Positions 23,966-36,389 of a stretch of DNA of 64,000 nt are shown here, piece by piece. Within the stretch, counting starts at the first letter, position 1; the number at the start of each line of letters is the position of its first letter. The DNA lies in the NCBI GenBank assembly GCA_028826165.1, contig JAPDFW010000054.1, positions 62,001-126,000 of the forward strand, written 5' to 3'. Below the pieces are notes generated by a model. It made no database searches, had not been told where the DNA came from, and saw nothing but the letters and a program-made list of their open reading frames with translations. This stretch comes from Anaeramoeba ignava BMAN. Taxonomy: Eukaryota; Protista; Anaeramoebae. The position numbers and the translations under genes were made by a program.

Positions 23966-26900
23966 ATGCTTCGTTTTATTCAAAATTTACCTCAAAAATC
24001 TTATTTAAATTCAATCCCCCATTTTCTTTCAAAATCAATTATTATTCCAACTCAAAAAAATGAATCAAAAACAAATATAAGAAAATTTACATTAAAATCA
24101 GAATCAAATGAAAGTATGAATTTTATAAATAATCTAAAATAAAAAAAAATTTTTTTTTTAATTTTAATTTTAATTTTAATTTTAAAATTAAATAGCAAAT
24201 TGTGTTGATGTTTTTCAAAATAAAATTATGGAAATAATTGGAAGAGAAAAAACAGGAAAAGAAATAGTGTTTTATTTAAATGGAGAAAGAAAAGTATTAA
24301 AAGATATTGATCCAAGTCAAACACTTCTTGATTATTTACGATTAAATAGTCTTACAGGAGTAAAAAAAGTATGTGGAGAAGGTGGTTGTGGTGCTTGTTC
24401 TGTTATGATTTCTCATTTCAATACTCAAACTCAAGAAGTTGAAAATCTTTCTTATAATTCTTGTTTAGTTCCTTTACCTTTTATTGATGGTAAATCAATT
24501 ACAACTGTTGAAGGTATTGGTAAAATTTCAACAAGTGTTCATCCAATTCAAAAAAGAATCGCTTATACTCATGGAACTCAAGTAATATTTTTCAAATATT
24601 TAAAATATAAATATAAATATAAATATAAATATAAATATAAATATAAATATAAATATAAATATAAATATAAATATAAATATAAATATAAATATAAATATAA
24701 ATATAAATATAAATATAAATATAAATATAAATATAAATATAAATATAAATATAAATATAAATATAAATATAAATATAAATATAAATATTTAAAAATATAA
24801 ATATAAATATAAATATAAATCAAAATATAAATATAAATCTAAATATAAATATAAATATAAATATAAATATAAATATAAAATATAAATATAAAATAAAAAT
24901 ATAAATAAAATATAAATATAAATATAAATATAAATATAAATATAAATATAAATATAAATATAAATATAAAATAAATATAATTATAAATATAAATATAAAT
25001 ATAAATATAAATATAAATATAAATCTAAATATAAATATTTATAAAATATAAATATAAATATAAATATAAATATAAATATAAATATAAAATATAAAATAAA
25101 TAAAATATAAATATAAATATAAAATATAAAATAAAATATAAAATATAAATATAAATATAAAATATAAATAAAATATAAATATAAATATAAAATATAAAAT
25201 AATATAAAATATAAATATAAATATAAATATAAAAATATAAAATATAAATATAAATATAAATAAATATAAATATAAAATAATAAATATAAAATAAATAAAA
25301 AATATAAATATAAAATATAAATATAAATATAAATATAAAATATAAATAAAAAGTATAAAATATAAATATATATAAATATAAAATATAAATATAAATATAA
25401 AATAAAATATAAATATAAATATAAATATAAATATAAATATAAATATAAATATAAAATATAAATATGAAATTATAAATATAAAAATAAACATAAATATAAA
25501 TATAAAATATAAATAATATAAATATAAATATAAATATAAATATAAATGTAAATATAAATATAAATATAAATATAAATATAAATATAAATATAAAATATAT
25601 AATATAAATATAAATATAAATATAAATATAAATATAAATATAAATATAAATATAAATATAAATATAAATATAAATATAAATATAAATATAAATATAAATA
25701 TAAATATAAATATAAATATAAATATAAATATAAATATAAAATAGTGTGGATATTGTACTCCTGGTTTTGTTGTTAATCTTTATACAGTTTTGGCAAATAA
25801 TCCAAATTCAACTGTTAAAGAAATTGAAGAAGCTCTTTCAGGTAATTTATGTAGATGCACTGGTTATAGACCAATTTTTGATGCAGGAAAATCATTTAGT
25901 AAAGATTATGATCCAAATTCAGTTGGAGATTTAGTTCCTAAAGAAAATAATGAAAAATTTCCATTTCCAAGAACACATGCACCATTTCCTGATGAATTAA
26001 AAAATTATACAAAAGATCGCAAACATTTAATGATTTCGAATGATGAAACTTTATGGTTTAGGTTTGAATAAAAAAAATTCAAATGAAAATTATTTTGAAA
26101 TTTATTTTGAAATTTATTTTGAAATTAAAAAAAGACCTGCAAACTTAAAATCATTATTAGAACTAAAATCAATCACTCCAGATTGTGGAGAAGAAAAATG
26201 CGGCAAAATAGAAGCACAACTCATTTCAGGAAACACAAAACTTGTTTCAGGAAACACAGAAGTTGGATATTCAAAACTTTACAAACATGAAAAAAATCCA
26301 CTTATGGTTTCAACAATGGATATACCAGAAATGAAGAAAATCACAGAAAAAACAGAATCAGTTGAAATTGGGGCAACAGTCACAATCAAAGATTGCCAAA
26401 AACTATTTGAGAAATTAATCGAAAAATTACCAAAAGAAAAAACAGCAGGATTTAAAGCTTTATTGAATCAAACAAAATATTTTGCAAATTATTCAATAAG
26501 AAACATAGCAACAATTGGGGGATCAATTTACACAGCAGATCCACTAAGTGATCTTTATCCCGTTTTAATGGCACTTGATGCGAAAATCAACTGTGTTTCT
26601 TTGGAATCAAAAAGAGTGATTCCGATCAGAGAATTTCTAGTTGGATCAAATAAAACACGCTTGAATAAAAACGAGATTGTTTTAAGCGTTGAAATTCCGT
26701 TTAGTAAAAAAGGAGATCATATTCGAAGCTACAAAATTTCCAAGCGAAAAGAAGACTCGCAAGCAGTTGTAAATGCAGGAATGCGTGTGAATATTGATGA
26801 TAATAATGTCGTTACTGATGCTTTTTTGGCTTATGGAGCTGTTTCTCGAACAACAAGTCATGCGAAGAAAGCGAGTGAAAATTTAATTGGAAAAAAATGG

Positions 26901-29900
26901 AATGAAAAATTATTGAAGGAAACAGTCGAGATTCTAGAATCTGGAGATATTGAAGTTTGGCCAAAACTGGGAATGACTGAGTATAGAAAGCTTCAAATTC
27001 CAGGGATTTTTATCAAATTTTTCGCATCAGTTTCTGAAGAATTAGAAAAGAAAACAAACGGACGAATTTTAGATCCAAAAATTATAACGGCAGGAAAGGA
27101 ATTCGAGCGTCCAACAAGAACAGCAAAGCAAGAATTCCAAGAAACACGTTCGCCTGTAGGGATTGCACAAGCACATCTCGCAGCCGTGCAACACACGACA
27201 GGAGAAGCAACGTTTATCGGGGATATCCCTTTACCATTTAACGGTCTTTATTGCGCGCTTGTTCAGTCGACACGAGCGCATGCCAGAATTGTTAATATTG
27301 ATCCAAAACACGCACTCAATTTGAAAGGCGTTCATGCCTTCTTTAGTGCAAAAGATGTCATCGGTGAAAACCTCAACGGCTCAATTATTTGGGATGAGGA
27401 AACATTTGCGAGTAAGGAAGTCAACTTCTTCGGCCAAATTGTCGGCGTTGTTGTTGCGGACACACAAGCAAAAGCCGATGAGGCAGCGCATGTGATTTCT
27501 CAGAATGTGGAATACGAAGATCTCCCATTTTTCCAGACTATCGAAGAGGCAATCGAGAAGAAAAGCTTTCTCGATGAGCCAAAAGTCATGGTTCTTGGCG
27601 ATCCTGACGAAGCGTTTAAAAATTCTGATGGGATTATTGAGGGAGAAATGCGATCAGGACATCAAGAGCATTTCTACTTTGAAACTGAAAACTGTCTTGT
27701 GATTCCAAATCAAGATGAAATCACGGTTTATGCTGCTTGTCAAAACTTAGCAAAAGTACAAGAAGCGGTAGCAAGATTTCTTGGAAAACCAAAAAACTTT
27801 GTGACCGTAAAGGCAATGCGAATTGGCGGCGGTTTTGGCGGGAAGCAAGACCGTCCGTGGCTTCTTTCAACTGCGGTTGCTTTAGCGGCTTATAAATTGC
27901 AACGTCCTATGCGCTGCAGTCTTGATCGAACTACTGATATAACAATGTCTGGAATGCGCCATGAATTTTTGGGGAAATATAAAATGGGTTATCTTAATGA
28001 TGGCACAATTAAGGCAGTTGATTTCCATTTATATAGTAATGGTGGTCATACTATGGATCTTTCTCCTGCTGTTATGGATAGAGCTTTGTGGAGTTGTGAT
28101 AATAGTTATAATTTCCCAAATATTCGTTTAGCAGGTGATCCTTGTCGAACAAATCGACTTTCTTGTACTGCTTATCGAGGATTTGGAGTTCCTCAAGGTT
28201 AGTTAATATTTGAAAATTAAAATTAAAATTAAATATTTAAAATTAAAATTATAATTATAATTAAAATTAAAATTAAAATTAAAATTAAAATTAAAATTAA
28301 ATAATTAAAATTAAAATTAAAATTAAAATTAAATAAAAATTAAAATCAAAAATTAAAATTAAATATTTAAAATTAAATTAAAATTAAAATTAAAATTATT
28401 TAGCTATCAGTGTTTGTGAAACCGCTCTTGAACATGTTGCTTATACTTTAGGAAAAGATTCTCATTTTATTAGAAATAAAAATTTATATAATAAAGGTGA
28501 TACAACTCCAACTGGTTGGAAACTTCCAGATGATGGTGCACGAAAATGTTGGGATCTTTTAAACAAAAAAATTGATTTTGCAAAGAAACGTAAAGAAATT
28601 GAGAAATTTAATCAAGAAAATAAATTTAAGAAAAGAGGAATTGCAATAATTCCTGCTAAAAGTAGCATGGGATTTGAAGTAAATTAAATTAAATTAAAAT
28701 TCAAATTCAAAATTAAAATTAAAATTAAAATTAAAATTAAAATTAAAATTAAAAATTAAAATTAAATTAAAATTAAAATTAAAATTAAAATTAAAATTAA
28801 AATTAAAATTAAAATTAAAATTAAAATCAAAATTAAAATTAAAATTAAAATTAAAATTAAAATTAAAATCAAAATTAAAATTAAAATTAAAATTAAAATT
28901 AAAATTAAAATTAAAATTAAAATTAAAATTAAAATCAAAATTTAAATTTAAAATTAAAATTAAATTCAATTCAAAATTAAAGGCTGATTTTATGAATCAA
29001 GCAGGTGCTCTTCTTGAAGTTTTCTCAGATGGTTCTATTCATCTTTCTCATAGTGGAATTGAAATGGGTCAAGGTCTTTCAACAAAAATGGGACAAATTG
29101 TTGCAGAAGGTTTAAATGCACCACTTTCATCAATTAGAGTTGGAGAAACTTCAACAGATAAAGTTCCCAATACATCACCAACAGCAGCGTACATAATCTT
29201 TTATTCAAATATTATTTAAATTAAATTAAATTAAATTAAATTAAATTAAATTAAATTCAAATCAAATCAAATCAAATCAAATCAAATCAAATCAAATCAA
29301 ATTAAATCAAATCAAATTAAATCAAATCAAATTAAATCAAATCAAATCAAATTAAATCAAATCAAATCAAATCAAATCAAATCAAATTAAATCAAATCAA
29401 ATCAAATCAAATCAAATCAAATCAAATCAAATCAAATCAAATCAAATCAAATTAAATCAAATTAAATCAAATTAAATCAAATTAAATCAAATCAAATCAA
29501 ATCAAATCAAATTAAATCAAATCAAATTAAATCAAATCAATATTCAATTCAATACAATATTTAATTCAATTCAATTCAATTCAATTCAATTTTTAATATT
29601 AAATTTTTAAAAAAATAAAGTGTAACTGGACAAGAACTTAATGGAATTGCAGTTAAAAATGCAGTTAAAGTTATTAATGAAAGATTAGAACCATTACGTA
29701 AAGAATTTCCTCATGCAAGTTTTGCTGAATTAGCTAAAGAAGCATATTTCCGAAAAATCAATTTATGTGTTTCAGGTCATGATTGCTTACCACCTTATGT
29801 TTATGATTGGAAAACTAAGAAAGGAAGACAATCTTATTATGTTTTATGGGCAGTTACTTATGCAGAAGTAGAAATTGATGCTTTAACTGGTGAGTTTAAG

Positions 29901-30738
29901 ACTCTTCATGTTGAAATTGTTCAAGATGCTGGAACTTCAATGAATCCTGCTATTGATATTGGTCAAGTTGAAGGTGGTTTTATTCAAGGACTTGGATTAA
30001 TGACAATGGTTTATATTTAAAATTAAAATTCATTTATAGAATTAAAATTAAAATTAAAATTAAAATTAAATTTAAAATTAAAATTAAATTTAAAATTAAA
30101 ATTCAAATTTAAATCAAAATTAAAATTAAAATCAAAATTTAAATTAAAATTAAAATTAAAATCAAAATCAAAATTAAAATTAAAATTAAAATTTAAATTT
30201 AAAATTAAAATTAAAATTAAAATTATAATTCAAATCAAAATTAAAATTAAAATTTAAATTAAAATTAAAATAAAAATAAAAATTAAAATTAAAATTAAAA
30301 TTAAAATTTAAATTAAATTTAAATTTAAAATAATTAGGAAGAACCAATTTGGGCATCTGATGGTCATTTAAGAACTAGAAATGTTTCAACTTATAAAATT
30401 CCATCATATGAAGATATTCCACATAAATTTAATATTTCACTTTTAAAAGATGCACCAAATCCATTTGGAATTCATAGTTCAAAAGCTGTTGGAGAAAGGT
30501 AGAAATTATTTGTTTAAAAATTGAAGAAAATTCAAAATTAAAAATTATTTGAATATTTTTATTATTTTCAAAAAAAAAATTTATTAGTGGATTACAATCT
30601 GCAAATTCAGTTTTCTTTGCAATTAGAGATGCAATTAAAGCTCAAAGAAAACAAGAAGGATTAAATGATTTCTTCCCATTTACAGCACCAGCAACAGCAG
30701 AAAAAATTAGATTAACTTGCAAAACAAAATTCAATTAA
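23966..30738 (+). CDS. Xanthine dehydrogenase family molybdo-flavoenzyme (2x[2Fe-2S], FAD, Moco), 9 exons, with N-terminal presequence-like extension
   Basis: Introns 24114-24195, 24582-25744, 26062-26134, 28198-28403, 28679-28982, 29189-29620, 30009-30337, 30499-30587 give one continuous frame; [10 protein letters not shown]|[81 protein letters not shown]. Confidence 0.95.
24600..25740. repeat. (AAATAT)n hexamer microsatellite filling XDH intron 2
   Basis: Direct inspection; the KY run in the ORF track is intronic. Confidence 0.95.
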
Positions 30739-31110
30739 ATTTTAAAAGAAAACAAATTAAATTTCAAAAGAAAATTCAATTAAATTTTAAACAAAATTCA
30801 ATTAAAATTCAAAAAGAAAATTCAATTAAATTTTAAAAAGAAAATTCAATTAAAAATTTAAAAGAAAATTCAATTAAATTTTAAAAACAAAATTCAATTA
30901 AAATTTTAAAAACAAAATTCAATTAAATTTAAAAACAAAATTCAATTAAAATTTAAAAACAAAATTCAATTAAATTTTAAAAAACAATTAAATTTCAAAA
31001 ACAAAATTAAATTCAATTAAAATTCAAAAACAAAATTCAATTAAATTTAAAAAGAAAATTAAATTTTAAAAACAAAATTCAATTAAAAATTCAAAAACAA
31101 AACAAATTAA
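30721..31110. repeat. ~22-24 bp tandem repeat derived from the last XDH codons and stop codon (AAAACAAAATTCAATTAAATTTT)
   Basis: The first unit overlaps K-T-K-F-N-stop (30721-30738) and is reiterated downstream. Confidence 0.8.
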
Positions 31111-31219
31111 ATTTTTTGATTTTTTGAATTGTTTTTCTTTTATTTCCTTTTTCTTAATTGAAAAGAAAAGAAATTGGAAAAGAAATTTGGAAAAGAAATT
31201 TGAAAAGAAAATTGGAAAT

Positions 31220-34200
31220 TTATTTGACCATCATTTTGTTAAGGAAATGAATTAGTAAATTAACGTTTAAAGTTAATCTTTCAACTGGATATTCAGATTT
31301 TCCAGAAGATTGAAATTCCAATAAATCTTCAACATTAATAGTAATTTTCTCAACAGAAGCACCAGCAAATTTAGCTTGAATATCAAAAATACCAGTTTGT
31401 TTAGAAGTGAAAACAAAAGAAGTTGCTCCCCATCTATTCAGAATAAAAATAATTTAATTTAAATATTTGATTTAATTTGAATATTTAATTTAAATATTTG
31501 ATTTAATTTGAATATTTATTTTAATTTAATTTAATTTAAATTGATTTAATTTATTTTAAATTGATTTAAATTTTAATTGATTGTTTACGTCGCTTTAGGA
31601 ATATCAGATGAAATGATAATATTAGCCTTAGCTAAAGCTTTGTATTTCTTACTAACAGGACCACAAATATATTCACTCTTCTTCTTCTTAAGATTTTTCT
31701 TGTTCATCTTCTGAACACTAAGTTCATACTGCTTTTTACGAACAGAATCCAAATAGTCATTATACTGTTTCATCTGTTCAATCAAGTATTGCTTTGATTG
31801 CCTGACAATTGAAAGATTTTTTTTCAAACGAGCAATTTCAACTTGATTTTGACGATAAAGTTTAGAAGCATTACGAATCTCATGAACAATTTCCTTGATA
31901 AGATTTTTGAAGTTGTCTGCTTTATTAAGAACACCTTTTTCTTCAAGAAAGGTGATGTTTTTTCTTAAAGGAACCAAAATATCCTGAAGGGAATTTTGAG
32001 TTAAATCATCGTTGAAAATCAATTCAATCAGATTCGAGTTGCTTCGTAGAAGATCTGGAGGCGCAGAAGTAAGCAAGTCCTTGATAAGCTTCTTGGTATC
32101 ATTGTAGATGGTTTGTGTTTCTGTGTCTTTGATGGCATCAGTCTGGAACTTATTGATAAGCATGAGTTGAATTTCCATTTCACTTGGTTTACTTGGAATT
32201 TTAACATCTTTCAAATCATCCAAAATAATACGAAGAGGATCGTTTTTTTCAGGCGCAATTTTGCTGAGGAATTTCTTGAGGATTTGATGTGTGTAGAAGA
32301 TTTCTTTTGGAGAGACAAAAATTGTTGGCATTTTTTGCTGGGTAAGATCATAATCACTTGTGATTTGGAGTTGTTCCTCGAGTTCAAGAACGTTTGGGAT
32401 TTCCTTGAAATAGTCGAATGATTTTAAAGAGAGTTCCTCGATGAGATTATTAAGAGGGATCATATAAGGCTCATTTTTTTCGAAGAGTTTATGAGTTGCG
32501 ACGCTTTGCATCATTTTTGAAATCAGCGCAAGATTTTGTCTTGCGGTAAGTGAGATGTTAAAGTCTGGCGCAACAACACCGAAGGTATCAGGCTGGACAA
32601 TTGCAGGAAGAAGGTAACGGTAGTAAATGATGTAGCCAATAATCCGAGAAATTTCATCCTCATTTGTGTCCGGAAATTTTTCGAGAATGGATCTTCTAAC
32701 GGCTTTACAAATGAATCTTATTCCGTACGGGATTGTGTGGATCGACTTGCTGATTTGGTTCACAAAGTGTCTGCAGATCTCACTGAGCTCGTTGATGTTC
32801 TTCTCATAGAGCTCGGAAATGGCTTGATGCTTGATCGCATCTTCGTGATTTGCAGTTCGCGGCAAATCGCTTTTTTGTCCGGTTCGTGTTTCTTCCTTAT
32901 TGATCATTGCTTGGTACATTCTTGTTGTGTTAAGTTCGATCACGAGATCCTCCTGTTTCAGAACCTTTTCAACAACGGGTTCTAAAAGCTCTTTCAAAAA
33001 CGTTTGGTATTGAACTCTTCGGAAATAGAAAACAAACATTTTTGTGATAATTGGATCATCTTTGGTGAATTCTGACGCTTTTTTCTGTTTGAATATCTGT
33101 TCTCCAATGGAGAGCGTGAACAACCGCAAAAGAAGGTATTCTTCTCGCGGGGAGAAGGCATATCCATAAAGCGTCAGAATCATTGTTTGAACGAATCCTT
33201 CAAGTTCATTCGGTTGGATGTAAAAAAGGGTTTTTGCCAAATATTTCGGTTCTGTTTGAAGCAGATAGAAAAGATGCTGGTATATCTCAATATACTGACT
33301 CGGTATCATGTTTTCCTTTGATTCGTCTTGTTTTTTGCGTTTTGAAGACTGGCTGTCAATCTCCTGAATTGAGATCCGATTTTTGACAAGCAACGAAATT
33401 TTTTTGTCAACTCGTTGCACTTCGTGTTGGAGATCGTTGTTCTGACGGATCTCCTTGACCCAATCCTCACGAAGCTTGGTTAGATCTTCTTCTTGTGTTG
33501 TCTTGATCTTCTCGTCATTCGTCATTTTCTCGTTATCATAGATCATTCCGGAACGGACGCGAAACATTCGCAAAATGTTTGCCATTGTTTCAAGTGTCAT
33601 CTCATTCTGACCTGCAAGTGATCGTTTCATTTCACGCGATTTGAACCCGCGGAATGTTTTCTGTATCTTTACTGCACTCTTTCGCTGCCGTTTGAAATGC
33701 TGATGCGCAAGATATTGCTTGCGAAATGCTTGAATTTTTGAAATTGGTTTTTTTTGCGATCGGAAAAATCTTCTTCTACGTCGCATTTCTCGCTGAATTA
33801 GCATTCTTTTGACATGCTTTTGAATTGTTAAAACCCCTAATAATCGCGGTGACATTTTTTTCCTTCCTCTCCGTTGTGGATCTAGTCCATCTGTTTTTTC
33901 GGTATTTTCATTTTCATTGTCTTCGAAATCATCAATTTCAAAATCATCTTCTCCAAAATCATTTCCAAATCCGTTATTTCCATCGTATTCTTCTTTTCCC
34001 ATCTTTGATATCTCCTGGAATTTCTTTCTTTCCATAAATCCTTTTACTATCTGTTGGATTTTCGCAATTTCTTCTTCGTTTTTTTTGAATGAATCGATTG
34101 TTTCATTTGATTTTTGTCTTGCAATAAATCCTTTTGCTGCTTCTTGAATTTTGGAAACATCTTCTTCATTTTCCTTTAAAAAGTTTGTATTTTGATTTGA

Positions 34201-35996
34201 TTTTTGTCTTGCAATAAATCCTTTTGCTGCTTCTTGAATTTTGGAAACATCTTCTTCATTTTCCTTTAAAAAATTAGTATTTTGATTTGATTTTTGTCTT
34301 GCAATAAATCCTTTTGCTGCTTCTTGAATTTTTGAAACATCTTCTTCATTTTCCTTTTAAAAAGTTTGTATTTTGATTTGATTTTTGTCTTGCAATAAAT
34401 CCTTTTGCTGCTTCTTGAATTTTTGAAACATCTTCTTCGTTTTCTTTATAAAAATTAGTTGTTTCAAGTGATTTTTGTCTTGCAATAAATCCTTTTGCTG
34501 CTTCTTGAATTTTTGAAACATCTTCTTCGTTTTCTTTGTAAAAATTATTCACATCAAGTGTTTTTTGTCTTGCAATAAATCCTTTTGCTGCTTCTTGAAT
34601 TTTTGAAACATCTTCTTCATTTTCTTTTAAAAAGTTTGTATTTTGATTTGATTTTTGTCTTTCAATAAATCCTTTTGCTGCTTCTTGAATTTTTGAAACT
34701 TCTTCTTTGTTTTCCTTTAAAAATTCCAAATGTTCTTGATGTTGTTTTTGTAAATGTTGATGTTTGAATGCTCCTTGTAATGATAATAACCATTTTTTGT
34801 ATTCTTCTGAATTGAATAGTTGGGATAATTCTTTTTTGTGAATATGTGAGAATTTGCATTTTATAACTGATTGAATTATTAAAATAGCTGGAAGTGCTTC
34901 TTCTTTGTTGTATTTTTCTATCCATTCTATATTTTCCATTTAATTTATTTTAATTTTTTAAATGAATTATTTTAATTTTAATTTTGAAATGAATTTTTTA
35001 ATTTTAATTCTGAAAAGAATTTTTAATTTTAATTTTAATTTTAATTTTAATTTTAATTTTAATTTTAATTTTAAATTTTAATTTTAATTTTTAATTTTAA
35101 TTTTAATTTTAATTTTAATTTTAATTTTAATTTTAATTTTAATTTTAAATTTTAATATTAATTTTAATTTTAATTTTAATTTTAATTTTAATTTTAATTT
35201 TGATTTTAATTTTAATTTTAATTTTAATTTTAATTTTAATTTTAATTTTAATTTTAATTTTAATTTTAATTTTAATTTTAATTTTAATTTTAATTTTAAT
35301 TTTAATTTTAATTTTAATTTTATTTTTTAAATGAATTTTTAATTTAATTTTAATTTAATTTTAATTTTAATATTTAAATTTATTTTAATTTTAATTTTGA
35401 TTTTAATTTAAATTTTTATTACCTTCAGCTTTGGTTTTTTTCTTTGTTAATTGACTCATTTGCTCAATTTTTGAAACATCAGCTTTTTCTAATTGTTTAA
35501 TAGCTTTCTTTTGTTCTTCTTCAGTAAACTTTGCCTTTCCCTTTAAAGATTTAACAGGAGGAGCCAAACCTTTTTTATGGAGTTTAGTAGCAGTATAGTA
35601 AACAGAATAAACAACGTTAATAACATTTTTCAAAGAATAAAGATCATTAACTTCAAAAAAAACAACATCAGGAATTTTAAATAATTTTTGCATTTCAATA
35701 AAATAATTAATATTATCAGTATGTTTAAGTGACAGCATTTTGAAAGTAACAATTTTGCCAACAACTTGAGGCGCAAATTTCTCCGCTAAATGTGCAAGTA
35801 CAACCCCATTTTGAAGTGATATTCCAAGATCTGCTGCACTTCCTAAATCAATCGATAAAATTTCTTCAATCCATTCTTTTATTTCTTGAAGTCGTGTTAA
35901 ATATTCATGTGCTAGTTTTTTTTTTCGTACCTCATCAAGTGCTGTATCTAAAACTGACCGTGTTTTTTTTAAATGTTGCTCAAGAATCTTTTCCAT
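31220..35996 (-). CDS. IQGAP-like scaffold (CH domain, IQ repeats, RasGAP-related domain, RasGAP_C)
   Basis: CH domain AHEYLTRLQEIKEWIE..LQNGVVLA..KHTDNINYF; introns about 34927-35422 and 31434-31588; YQHLFYLLQTEPKYLA, LYGYAFSPREEYLLLRLF, IPYGIRFICK, YYRYLLPAIVQPD, terminal NVNLLIHFLNK; one +1 frameshift near 34355. Confidence 0.93.
34030..34720 (-). repeat. 90-bp coding tandem repeat (~8 copies) encoding IQ-like units EEDVSKIQEAAKGFIARQKSNQNTNFLKEN
   Basis: (g/t)caataaatccttttgctgc recurs at 34121, 34211, 34301, 34392, 34482, 34572 and 34662. Confidence 0.92.
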
Positions 35997-36389
35997 TTAA
36001 TAAAAAAAATTTTTTTTTATTTTTTTTTATTAATTAAATCAATTTTTAAAAATTAAAAATTAAAAATTAAAAAATGAAAAGAAAAAAATGAAAAAAAAAA
36101 TTTAATTTTGAGAAAATTTGAATCTTTTTTTGCTTATTTTTTTTATTTTTATTTTTTTGCTTTAAAAGATCCTTGTTGGAATTTTAATTTCAATTTTAAT
36201 TTTAATTTTAATTTTAATTTTAATTTTAATTTTAATTTTGATTTTGATTTTAATTTTAATTTTGATTTTAATTTTAGTTTTAATTTTAATTATTAGATTT
36301 TAATTTTAATTTTTATTTTAATTTTGATTTTAATTTTAATTTTAATTTTGATTTTAATTTTAATTTTGATTTTAATTTTGATTTTAATT

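Noticed and set aside
27000-28000. GC-rich segment as a horizontally acquired fragment or intein
   Set aside because: Collinear with eukaryotic XDH with no insertion or intein motifs; the same GC rise occurs in other long exons
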